Shown: in pieces, positions 37,305 through 45,855 of the stretch
How positions within the stretch are numbered: the first letter of the stretch is position 1
How the letters are laid out: each line of letters starts with the position of its first letter
Source: an uncultured Methanosarcinales archaeon
GTDB lineage: Archaea; Nanobdellota; Nanobdellia; Woesearchaeales; UBA583
Length of the DNA: 45,855 bases
Assembly: GCA_964384165.1 (NCBI GenBank)
Contig: CAYLKB010000001.1
Span: 2,030 to 47,884, forward strand
Direction: 5' to 3'
Notes under the pieces: model-generated
The model's input: only the letters and a program-made list of their open reading frames with translations
What the model was told of the DNA's origin: nothing
Databases searched by the model: none
Program-made: the position numbers and the translations under genes

Positions 37305-37346
37305 GTTGTCCCTTTGGGATTCTGGGTTCAAATCCCAGTCTTGGCG
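37303..37346 (+). tRNA. 3' half of chromosomal tRNA-Ser(GGA): nt 38, anticodon-stem 3' strand, long variable arm, T-arm, acceptor 3' strand, discriminator G
   Basis: A-GGTTG-TCCCTTTGGGATT-CTGGG-TTCAAAT-CCCAG-TCTTGGC-G. Complementary to the 5' half at 5514-5551. Joined, the two halves give a canonical 81-nt class II tRNA plus discriminator. Confidence 0.8.
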
Positions 37347-37579
37347 TTACACTTAAGATTGTTCTTTTCACCTTTGTCCTCACTTCTGCTTTGCATAAGT
37401 TTGAGCGAAAAATCATTCTGATTTTTCTGGATGCTTTTTGAACCATGTTCAAAATAGTATGTTTATCTTTTCTAAGAAAAATCTTCATAGAAAAATATTT
37501 TGAATGTTTTTGAAGATATATGACTTTTCTTTTAATTATTATTTGTTATAAGTATTACAGATATATTTTTAAAACTTAA

Positions 37580-38188
37580 ATGTATTATTTATTTATGACA
37601 ACGAAATCTTTATTTAATTTGCCAAAACATCTTAAGAAATCATATAGAATTAATGATAAAGTGGAATCTTCAGGAGTTTATGTTTGTTCTGTTTGTGATA
37701 GCCATAGAGCATTTAGACGAAATGAAAATTTTTCACAATGTCAGAATTGTGTTGATAATAGAAGAAGTGAAACAAATGAGTGGTTATCTACAAATGAGAT
37801 AAGACATTTTATTTCTAAGAATATTAATAATGAGTATGATAGAATAATGTCATTTCAGTTTATAGTTGCTGAAAAAATAACAGCTTTTGCAGGTAATGTA
37901 TGGTTTGCTACAATTCATATAATTTGGTTTACTTCTTGGATTTTAGTTAATATTGGAGTCTTTGGTGAGCAAAGAATTTTCGATTCTTTTCCTTTTGGAC
38001 TCTTAACAATGATCGTATCTCTTGAAGCAATTTTTCTTTCAACATTTATTATGATTAGTCAAAATATGGCAGGAAAGAAAACTGAACTTAGAAATGATCA
38101 TGAATATCAAGTTAATTTGAATACCGAAAAACAAGTTGCAGAAGTGCATGCTATGATAAAAGAGTTATTAAATAGAAAAGATGAGTAG
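37580..38188 (+). CDS. DUF1003 family membrane protein with an N-terminal zinc-ribbon-like CxxC pair
   Basis: 202 aa. CSVCDS...CQNC, then ITAFAGNVWFATIHIIWFTSWILVN...FPFGLLTMIVSLEAIFLSTFIMISQN...HEYQVNL, the conserved DUF1003 core. Confidence 0.75.
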   Translation: MYYLFMTTKSLFNLPKHLKKSYRINDKVESSGVYVCSVCDSHRAFRRNENFSQCQNCVDNRRSETNEWLSTNEIRHFISKNINNEYDRIMSFQFIVAEKITAFAGNVWFATIHIIWFTSWILVNIGVFGEQRIFDSFPFGLLTMIVSLEAIFLSTFIMISQNMAGKKTELRNDHEYQVNLNTEKQVAEVHAMIKELLNRKDE

Positions 38189-38217
38189 CTTATATTATAA
38201 ATCTTATGTGTGTGTGT

Positions 38218-38439
38218 GGCTCTGTCCAGAAATTAATAATAGTGTCAAATATATGAGAGCCATTCAATAAATTCATAGTAAAAAGACCCCGGGGATGTTC
38301 CAATGCGAGGATGTGCAGTGTAAGTGAAATCTCACTGCATTCAAGAATTCATAAAATGAATTGTTGAGAGTCTTTTTGAAAATAAAACTATGATAGCTCA
38401 AATAGACACCATTAAAAAAAAGAATTTCTGGATAAAGCC
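38218..38439. mobile_element. 222-bp MITE-like element (alternatively a structured ncRNA)
   Basis: 17-bp terminal inverted repeats, GGCTCTGTCCAGAAATT and the reverse complement of AATTTCTGGATAAAGCC (15/17 match), flanked on both sides by GTGTGTGT (candidate TSD). The interior has several hairpins and is locally GC-richer. Confidence 0.4.
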
Positions 38440-38463
38440 GTGTGTGTTAATTGTATGTAAAAA

Positions 38464-38880
38464 TTAATTTATTGAATAAGGGAGCATTTTTATTTTGAGA
38501 TTTGCTTCTAAGGAATTAAATTTTTTATTTTGTGTTTGATATAATTTTAATTGAAATGATGTGGTTAATGTTTCAAGGATATATTCTACAATTATGTCTA
38601 GACATTCCATTGGATTTGAATATCCTAAGTTAATACTTGTTTCATAGTCTAGGCCTAGCATTTCTTTAATTGTTGATGAATAGTAATAACTTGGAGAATT
38701 TGGATGAATAGTTTTTGGCTGAGTTTTATACCCATATGCATGAATAAATAGATTTAAAAATTTATCTGGTTCATTTTCTGCAAGCATGTGAATTCCTGCA
38801 ATAAAGTTAAATTGGTTAATGCCATGATTTTTGCTAAAATGTTTGTTTGTTCCTGATTTTATTATTTGAGGAAGACTCAT
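38464..38880 (-). CDS. hypothetical protein
   Basis: 138-aa ORF with no motif. Confidence 0.45.
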   Translation of the reverse strand: MSLPQIIKSGTNKHFSKNHGINQFNFIAGIHMLAENEPDKFLNLFIHAYGYKTQPKTIHPNSPSYYYSSTIKEMLGLDYETSINLGYSNPMECLDIIVEYILETLTTSFQLKLYQTQNKKFNSLEANLKIKMLPYSIN

Positions 38881-39090
38881 ATTTTAAAGGTTTTAGTTTT
38901 CTTTTTAATGTTTTTGTAGAAAGTATGTGGCTTACACAGGGAATATTTAATATAATTTTTTTTATTTAATAAAGAAAAGTATTTTTAATAATTATTTTTA
39001 TAAAAATAATATTCTTTTAAATATCTCTGAATAAATATTTTATTCATTAACTACTGTAAGCTTTATAATTTGTTGTGTATTTTATTTATT

Positions 39091-40035
39091 ATGGTTTATG
39101 AGATTGTTGTTAATTCTGATTATGCAGGAACATCTGTTAAATCTTTTTTAAAAAAGAATATTGATGTGCCTTATCATAATTTGTTTAAATTAATTAAGGA
39201 TAAAAGAATTACATTAAATAAGAAAAAAATAAAGGATGGAGTAATTCTTAAAGAAGGTGATATTATTAAAGTATGGAAAGATGATATCAAACTTAGAGAG
39301 AAAATTATTGTTACAAAAAGAACTCAAGATTTAGGGCTAGAAATAATATATGAAAATAGTGATTTTCTTGTTTTAAATAAGTTTCCAGGTGTTGTTGTAC
39401 AAGGAGCTCAGGATAATGAAAAGTCGTTGTCTTTACATTTAGCTTTTTTAAAGAATAAAAATGCAGATAATACTTCTTTTGATTATATGCATGTACATAG
39501 ACTTGACAAGGATACTAGCGGGGTTTTGGTTTGTGCAAAAAATTTACTTGCCTCTAGAGAATTAAACAGAATTTTTAGGGCAAGAGAAGTTGTAAAAAAA
39601 TATGTTTGTTTGTGTTTTGGTGAGTTTGAAAATTTATCAGGTTCAATTGAGGTTTATATGAAAAGGGCTTATCCTAATTCTAAAGTTAAAAATATAGTTT
39701 GTGAAAGGGCAGATGAGGATTCTAAGTTGTCAATTAGTCAATACAGAGTAGTTGATTCTTTTAATTATGATGGAGATATTTTTAGTTTGGTTGAAGTTGA
39801 GATTAAAACGGGTTTAACTCATCAGATTAGAGTTCATATGAAATATCTTGGCTGTCCAATTGTAGGTGATAGAATGTATGGAAATTCGTTTATAAATACT
39901 AAATTTGAGAATATTCTTGATAGGCAGTTTTTACATGCAAAATCATTAGAATTTGAGTTTAAGGGAAAGAAATATACTTTTGAAGCTAAGATGCCAAATG
40001 ATTTATGCGTTGTTTTAGATAAGATTAAGAAATAA
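39091..40035 (+). CDS. RluA-family pseudouridine synthase (RluD/RluC-like, S4 domain + catalytic domain)
   Basis: HRLDKDTSGVLVCAK catalytic motif, GLTHQIRVHM, N-terminal S4-like segment. The ATG at 39091 is preferred over the TTG at 39070. Confidence 0.85.
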   Translation: MVYEIVVNSDYAGTSVKSFLKKNIDVPYHNLFKLIKDKRITLNKKKIKDGVILKEGDIIKVWKDDIKLREKIIVTKRTQDLGLEIIYENSDFLVLNKFPGVVVQGAQDNEKSLSLHLAFLKNKNADNTSFDYMHVHRLDKDTSGVLVCAKNLLASRELNRIFRAREVVKKYVCLCFGEFENLSGSIEVYMKRAYPNSKVKNIVCERADEDSKLSISQYRVVDSFNYDGDIFSLVEVEIKTGLTHQIRVHMKYLGCPIVGDRMYGNSFINTKFENILDRQFLHAKSLEFEFKGKKYTFEAKMPNDLCVVLDKIKK

Positions 40036-40058
40036 TTTATTATTCTAAATTTTATGGA

Positions 40059-40340
40059 TTAGCATTTATATTCTGGAGTTTGATGATAATTTATAAGTAG
40101 GTTTTCCATATTTTCTTTTATTTGTGGTATGTGTGAAAAACTATTTGAGACATTTGTTATTAATTCTATTCCTTGATAGTAGTTTGTATGCAATAATTGT
40201 TTGTAAACAAAATTGGTAATTGTTACAGGGAATGTTTTTAATATTGGAATTTGATATTCTAAAGCATCTTTTTGTCCGAGTATTGACTTTATTTTGTCAT
40301 ATAATTTATTTCTTGGAATATGAAGTTTTTGATGTATCAT
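40059..40340 (-). CDS. hypothetical protein downstream of the radical SAM gene
   Basis: 93-aa ORF starting 16 nt after the rSAM stop. Ends ..TPEYKC. Confidence 0.4.
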   Translation of the reverse strand: MIHQKLHIPRNKLYDKIKSILGQKDALEYQIPILKTFPVTITNFVYKQLLHTNYYQGIELITNVSNSFSHIPQIKENMENLLINYHQTPEYKC

Positions 40341-40356
40341 TTTTTTGATTAATTAT

Positions 40357-41790
40357 TTAGGTTTTGTTTAAAGTTTCAACTATTTGTTTTACGAGAGGGT
40401 CAAATATTAGTTTTGATTGATATATAGTTTCGTGATGTTTAGCAGTTTTGGTTGGATAATAATTAAATTTTCCCAAGTGATAATAATTTTCAACCATGCA
40501 TGTTCCGCAGTATGGTTTGTAAGTGCATCGATCGCATTTTACATTTTGTTCAAGCATTGAGTTTAATATTGCTTTTGAAGTTTCTTTTCTTTTGAAAATG
40601 TCTGACCATTTGTCTGCAAAAACATTTCCTATTTTAAATTCATCTCTTCCTAGAGCTTCGTTGCAGGTGTAAATGTTTCCATCTGAGAAATATGTTATTT
40701 GGCCCGTTGCTGCACCACATGGACTTTCAAAGTCTGTATGGTATCCTGGTTTGTTTTCAAGAATTTTTATTTCATAGAGTTCTTTTATTCTCTCAGTAAC
40801 TTTTATACCTTTTTTTGAAAGTTCGTTTATGTATTGCATTGATTTTTCATAGAATTTTATGAAATCTTCTTTTGTGTAGAGTATATCTGGCGTGTCTTCA
40901 ACTACCCTTCCAACTTCTGTTAGGGCTCTAATGTCAACAAAATTAACATTGTGTTTTATATATTCATCAATTATTTCTTTATGGTATGGAAGTGAGTGTT
41001 TGGTAATTGTTATTAAAGCATTTACTTTTTCGTCAACGTTTTTTAGTTTGTATAGCTCGTTTAGTTTTTTTATCCAGTATGAGACAGTGTCATATGTTCC
41101 AATTTCTTTGTTATCTTTTGCGTGAATGTATCTGTTTTTGTCATGGACTTGTTTTGGGCCATCAAATGAGGTACAAATTGTAACGTTATTATCTATTAAC
41201 CAGTTAGCTTTTTCTTCTGTCATTAAAGTTAAATTAGATACAACTGTTATGTTTAAGTCTTTGTTGTATTTTTCATTTAATTTTCTTGCATGATTTGTCA
41301 TTTTTTGAAGAATGTCGAATCTGACGGTTGCTTCTCCTCCTTGAAATTCTATTGTTATTGCTTTTGATGGAGATTTCATAATAAATTCAATTATTTTTAA
41401 TGCAGTGTGTTCATTAAGGTCAGTTTTTTCAATAGCATCTGTCATTTTAGCTGCTGATGCAAAGCAGTATGTGCAACTTAGATTGCATCTGTGAGTTGGA
41501 ATTACTATGTGAAGTGATGTACCATTTCCCAAAAATGAGTATCTTTGAGAAGTTTTTTCAACAATGTAATTAAAATTATCCTCAGATACTATAATTGTTT
41601 TTGTTAAGAGTGAAGAATAAAGTTTTTCGTCAATAATTTTGCCTTTTTTTAATTGTCTAAAAGCACTTGAGTTTAAAAAAATAAAGCTTCCTTCGTCTGT
41701 TGTTATAAGATATAATTTGTTTTTTTTGTCATATAATTGATGTCTGTAATAATTTGATATGTAGTCAATTCCTTCTTTTTTTTCGAACAT
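40357..41790 (-). CDS. radical SAM / SPASM-domain maturase (HxsB/HxsC- or anSME-like)
   Basis: 477 aa. CNLSCTYC (CxxxCxxC) cluster. C-terminal SPASM cysteines CGAATGQITYFSDGNIYTC and CDRCTYKPYCGTC. N-terminal ~90-aa extension. Confidence 0.85.
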   Translation of the reverse strand: MFEKKEGIDYISNYYRHQLYDKKNKLYLITTDEGSFIFLNSSAFRQLKKGKIIDEKLYSSLLTKTIIVSEDNFNYIVEKTSQRYSFLGNGTSLHIVIPTHRCNLSCTYCFASAAKMTDAIEKTDLNEHTALKIIEFIMKSPSKAITIEFQGGEATVRFDILQKMTNHARKLNEKYNKDLNITVVSNLTLMTEEKANWLIDNNVTICTSFDGPKQVHDKNRYIHAKDNKEIGTYDTVSYWIKKLNELYKLKNVDEKVNALITITKHSLPYHKEIIDEYIKHNVNFVDIRALTEVGRVVEDTPDILYTKEDFIKFYEKSMQYINELSKKGIKVTERIKELYEIKILENKPGYHTDFESPCGAATGQITYFSDGNIYTCNEALGRDEFKIGNVFADKWSDIFKRKETSKAILNSMLEQNVKCDRCTYKPYCGTCMVENYYHLGKFNYYPTKTAKHHETIYQSKLIFDPLVKQIVETLNKT

Positions 41791-41841
41791 AATTTCTCTT
41801 CAAAGAATAAGTTTATAAATATTACTTTATAGTAAAATTTT

Positions 41842-42171
41842 ATGAAGAACAACTATAGGGTGGATGGAAATGAAATTATTATTAGGGTTAATAAAAATAT
41901 ATATCCTAAGGAAGTAATTATTCAGACAACATATGTTATGCTTGAAGATTTTTATTTTTTAATTGATGAAGATGATAGTAACTATGTTGTTTATATGAAG
42001 CAAAAAAAAGATAGCAATTTAAAAGGTAGTTTTGAGGATTTTGTTTATTCATTTTTTGATGAGCTTGTTGAGTCTCAGAGCTATTTAGACCAACTTAAGA
42101 GAACTTCAGCTATAAGGCAAACAATACTTGAAAAAGCTCTTTTATCGCAAACTCTAGATGATGATGAATAA
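41842..42171 (+). CDS. HxsD-like small protein (tentative)
   Basis: 109 aa. N-terminal IIIRVNKNIYPKEVIIQTTYVMLEDFYFLI and C-terminal FFDELVESQSYLDQLKRTSAIRQTILEKAL resemble the HxsD family pattern (LLNDYxLRE-type C-terminal helix). Divergent from the rSAM gene. Confidence 0.45.
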   Translation: MKNNYRVDGNEIIIRVNKNIYPKEVIIQTTYVMLEDFYFLIDEDDSNYVVYMKQKKDSNLKGSFEDFVYSFFDELVESQSYLDQLKRTSAIRQTILEKALLSQTLDDDE

Positions 42172-42958
42172 AATTATTAATAATAATAGTAATAATAAAA
42201 AAATTAACAATATTTCTCAGAATCTAAAAAATAAATTTTTTGATATAAATAATTTTCCAGTTCATGAAGGTATTTTGGTTTTTCCTATTTCTATGAGTAA
42301 AATTTCTAATTCACAAAGTGCTTTAGAAAATTTCAAATTTGTTGAATTTTTTATAAAAAAAATTAGAAAACCTGTTGTGGGGGCAAATTTTATATATTCT
42401 GATTATTTGTATTTTAATTCAAATGAAAAGGCATCAGTTTTAAAGGCTAAATTTTTACCTCTGATTTTATCGCATAAAAATAATTTTTTTAATATTTTAA
42501 AGAGACATCCATGGTATATAGAAAAATCATTTTCATTTACAACATTTAACCAGATTGTACTTGATTGCAGAAAATTTATGATGTATCTTGGAGAACTTAA
42601 GAAGATTTATTCAAATGATGATGAATTTAAAATGTGGTTAAATAAGGATTTTATTAATACTAAAAAAGATGTTCTTGATGAGAATCAGGTAAATTTTTTT
42701 CTAGAGGAGATTTTACTTTTTTATCTTATTGCTAAAGGAAAAGTAAGATTATTAAATGAATATATACAGGACCACCAAAAATGGGTTTTGATATGCTATC
42801 CAGGAAAACCTTTATATTCTGAAGTTTATTTATTTCAGAAGAATTTTTTTAGGCTTGAAAATAGAGATAATATTTATGAGAATTGTTATTATGATTTGAG
42901 TGATAAAAAATTATATGATTATACAAGAGTAGAACTTGAAAATATTAAATTTGAATGA
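42158..42958 (+). CDS. hypothetical protein; possible tRNA-dependent cyclodipeptide synthase (CDPS)-like fold (tentative)
   Basis: 266 aa. PISMSKISNS lines up ungapped with AlbC GISAGNSYFS (catalytic Ser). NFFLEEILLF aligns with NYVLAEAPLF (catalytic Glu). VLICYP aligns with VLCYH (Y-P as in the XYP subfamily). Ser-to-Glu spacing is 139 versus 145 residues. Eye alignment from memory only. Confidence 0.35.
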   Translation: MMMNKIINNNSNNKKINNISQNLKNKFFDINNFPVHEGILVFPISMSKISNSQSALENFKFVEFFIKKIRKPVVGANFIYSDYLYFNSNEKASVLKAKFLPLILSHKNNFFNILKRHPWYIEKSFSFTTFNQIVLDCRKFMMYLGELKKIYSNDDEFKMWLNKDFINTKKDVLDENQVNFFLEEILLFYLIAKGKVRLLNEYIQDHQKWVLICYPGKPLYSEVYLFQKNFFRLENRDNIYENCYYDLSDKKLYDYTRVELENIKFE

Positions 42959-43067
42959 TTTTATAAGGTTTCTTAAAACAATTTTTATTATCCCTTTTCG
43001 TAGTATTTTATTTTAACTATTATTCAAGAATAAATAATTTATATAATATTTGAAGTTTTTTAAAAGT

Positions 43068-45855
43068 TATGAGTACTAAAGAAAAGGCTGCTGCTAAAAA
43101 AGAAAAAAAAACAGATTCTAAGGTTAATAAAAATCCTGCAGTCATGGATGTTAAAAAAAATGCTAAACCTAAAACTGAAAAAAAATCAGTAGTTATGATA
43201 AAAACTGCAAAAATGGTTACTGGAGAATCAAACTTAAAGAAACCTGATTTGATTTCAAAAACTGATGAACAAGAAGATGATGATGCAAAGAAAATTGAGG
43301 AGAGTTTTAACATTATAAAAAATTTAAATGAACAAGTGAAGAAGACCCAAGAAGTTAAATCAAAATTACAAAAAGATGTTGCAGAACTTTCAAGAAGATT
43401 TGAAAAACATGAGAATAATGCATTAAAAAAAGTAAATCATGAATTTTTTGATATGATAAAGCAAGATATATTAAATGAATTTGGTCCTTTGATTAAAAAA
43501 CTTGATGTAGGTAAAGCAAGAGAAGAAATTTTTAATGAGATTGTAAAAGTAATTGATTTTGAATTAAAAAAAATTAAATCTGATTTTTCAGTTGTAAGTC
43601 GTGATATAAAATCTGATGTTTCTTCTAAAATGAGCGACCTTGAAGGGAAAATTGTTGATGCTGTATCAAATAGTGAAATTATAAAGAGGGAAATTGAAAG
43701 ACTTGAGAAAAGAGATATGTCTAAAATTGGAGAGAATATTGAAAAGAAAATTCATTTGGCTATGGAGAAGTATAATGATAAACTTTTTCATATTTCTACT
43801 CAATATGCAAGAGAAATTGAAATAATGAAAACTGATTTTGAGGCATATAAACAAAAAGCTGATGATTTCTTAATAAATGCAGAAAAAATTAAGAATAAGT
43901 CCTCTGGCGATAGTGGAGGAATTTCTGGTGTTGAATTTACTGCTTTTGAGAGTAAACTTAATAAACTTGAAAATGATACAAATGCGATTAAGAGTTTAGT
44001 TGAAAAATATGAGGATGAGTTATTTAAAAAGACAAAAGATGAAAAAGCAGATATTGAAAAACATGCAAATGAAGTTATAGCTATTGCAGATAAAAAGTTA
44101 AAAGAATTGCAGAATGAGAGAAAAGCGCACGATGAATTTTTAGTTAATAAAGTTAATGAAATTATTGACAATGTTAATGATTTTGAATTTAAACTTGTAA
44201 ATATGGAAAAAAGAGATTCAAAAAATATTAATATTTCTATATCTGAAAAATTTGCAAATCTTAGAGATTCTATATATGAAGAACTTGAAAAAAATTTTGC
44301 AAATAGTATGAAAAAAGCTACTATTGATTTAAAGACTAGTCTTGAAAATTTTGATAAGCAAAAAGAGGAAATTTCAAATCAAATTTCTGACTTTAATAAA
44401 CAATTTCAATCAATGTCTGAGGAATATAAAATATCAATTTCGGATGAGATTAAGAAATTAAAAGAAGAAGAAAAGAAAAATGATGATATGAAAAATAAAG
44501 TAGTTGCTTACTTAAAAGATGAATATGCAAGGGATATAAAAGTAATTGATGATAAATTAAATGAAGTTTCTGAATTTATGAATAATTCTATTAATGCTAT
44601 AGAATATGAAAAAATTGCAGAGAGAGATTATTTGGCAGAGAAAGTAAATGAGGTTATAGATAAATTTGAAGAATTGTCTAAGAAAAATTTAAATGATGTA
44701 CAGGATAGGGGAAAGCTTCTTGAGAATCAAATAAATAAGGTAATGTCAGAGATAGGTGATAAGTTTAAGGAAGATTTTTCAAAACATCTTTTTTCATCAA
44801 ATGAATTTTTAACAAGGATAGAAACTCAGGCTAAGGAAAAAAATAGGGAAATTTCAGAGCATTTGGAAGAAAAATTTGCTCATTCTCGAGTACAATTTGA
44901 TGAGGAGTTTAAAATTCATGTTAATAAATTTGATGAAGAGTTAAAGAAGAAGGAATCAGAGTTTTTAGATAAGCTTTTAGTTATTGAGAGTGAGAAAAGC
45001 CAAATGCTATCTGAACTTAATGCATTCAAAGAAGAAGTTGCAAAATTAACATCAGATTATACTACAAAACTTACACAAGAAGTTGATAAAATTAAAAGGG
45101 AAGAACAAGAGTTTGAAAGTAACAAGGATGAATTTTTAATTCAAATTAAGAATATTTCAGACCAAAAGAAAATTGAGATAGAAGAGTATTTTGATGAGCT
45201 TTCTCTTAAATTGACATCTGTTCTTGCAGAGGAAAAAGAAACGTTTGCAAGGCATGAAAATACATTTAGGGAAATATTTAATGAGAAAATTAATAATTTG
45301 ACTTCATATACTAAAGAGAAATTAGATTTTGTTGAAAAGAAATTTTTAGAAAAATCATATAAGAAAATTGAGACTAAGGCTGATATAGAAGAAAAAAGAC
45401 TATACAAGATTGTTGATGAAGCAGAAAAAAAAATTCAGGAATATAGTAGTGTTTCAGAGAATAATATTGAAGAAGGGAAGAGATTATTAAATAATATTGA
45501 TGATACATTTAAATCAAAAACTGAAGAGTTTGAAAAAATTATAAATAATTTTGAAGATAGAAATCTTGAGTTTGAAGAAAAAGTTAACTTAACTAAAGAA
45601 GGATTTTTAAATGAAGTGCATAAATTCAATGATTTAATTGATGACAAATTTAAAAATTATGATGAAAAGATATTGGGAATGGATAAATTAGTAAATGATA
45701 CTCTTGATGAGGGTGTCAGTGCTATTGACAACAAATATAAAAAATTTGAAGAAGATATAAGAAAACTTCAAGAGGATATAGGAGAAAAAGTTGAAAGTAA
45801 ATTATTGTCTGTTGATGATTTAGAGAAATCTCTTAATGATAAGTTTTCTGAGAAG
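43068..45855 (+). CDS. very large K/E-rich coiled-coil protein, 3'-truncated by the window end (>=929 codons)
   Basis: Translated by hand from the ATG at 43068 to the last base with no stop codon. Absent from the ORF track, probably because it has no in-window stop. All listed minus ORFs between 43020 and 45647 are antisense to it. Confidence 0.75.

Noticed and set aside
38207-38218. (TG)6 microsatellite
   Set aside because: It is better explained together with the GTGTGTGT on the other side of the 222-bp inverted-repeat element, as a candidate target-site duplication, and is not reported as an independent feature.
43020-45647. Five minus-strand ORFs (43020..43313, 43666..43854, 43800..44171, 45141..45407, 45435..45647)
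   Set aside because: All are S/F/L-rich low-complexity translations antisense to one continuous + frame (43068 to the window end) that encodes a coherent coiled-coil protein. They are treated as shadow ORFs.
1-45855. CRISPR arrays, rRNA genes, capsid/terminase/portal genes
   Set aside because: No regularly spaced direct repeats, rRNA-like conserved blocks or recognisable virion genes were seen by eye. The element therefore cannot be called a provirus and is described only as an integrative element.

Overview
Strongly AT-rich, gene-dense window. The partitioned SSV-type integrase, an RFC-like AAA+ protein, TATA-like promoters and the tRNA architecture suggest an archaeal, possibly DPANN-like, genome (inference). 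Left flank (1-5.5 kb): minus-strand housekeeping genes, namely an RNase H-like exonuclease, thrS, a UPF0016 cation transporter, inorganic pyrophosphatase and a membrane protein. At 5546 a ~31.8-kb integrated element begins. It sits in the anticodon loop of a chromosomal tRNA-Ser(GGA) gene, whose 5' half (5514-5551) and 3' half (37303-37346) are now ~31.7 kb apart. The element is bounded by an 8-bp direct repeat, CTGGAAAG. Its tyrosine-integrase gene is split into Int(C) at the left end and Int(N) at the right end, the hallmark of SSV-type integration. Cargo: (1) a wHTH / RFC-like AAA+ operon; (2) a ~14-kb defense island with a PD-(D/E)XK-DUF5655 protein, a three-gene ABC-3C system, a UvrD-Cas4 helicase-nuclease translationally coupled to Type III mod-res, GmrSD and DUF2779; (3) zinc-ribbon membrane proteins, including a transglutaminase/TSP3 protein; (4) a 677-aa P-loop putative replication protein next to an ~0.8-kb non-coding region; (5) a second, intact integrase paralogue beside an intact element-borne tRNA-Ser(GGA). 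The most unusual point is that the flanks of the two chromosomal tRNA halves can pair into a textbook helix-bulge-helix-bulge-helix (BHB) splicing motif at the canonical 37/38 position. The locus therefore looks like a split tRNA gene, or a tRNA with a 31.7-kb intron, created by a mobile element. Right flank: a DUF1003 membrane protein; a 222-bp MITE-like or structured-RNA element; an RluA-family pseudouridine synthase; a radical-SAM/SPASM + HxsD-like + possible cyclodipeptide-synthase-like cluster; and a >929-aa coiled-coil protein that runs off the window and is missing from the ORF track. No CRISPR array or rRNA was seen.
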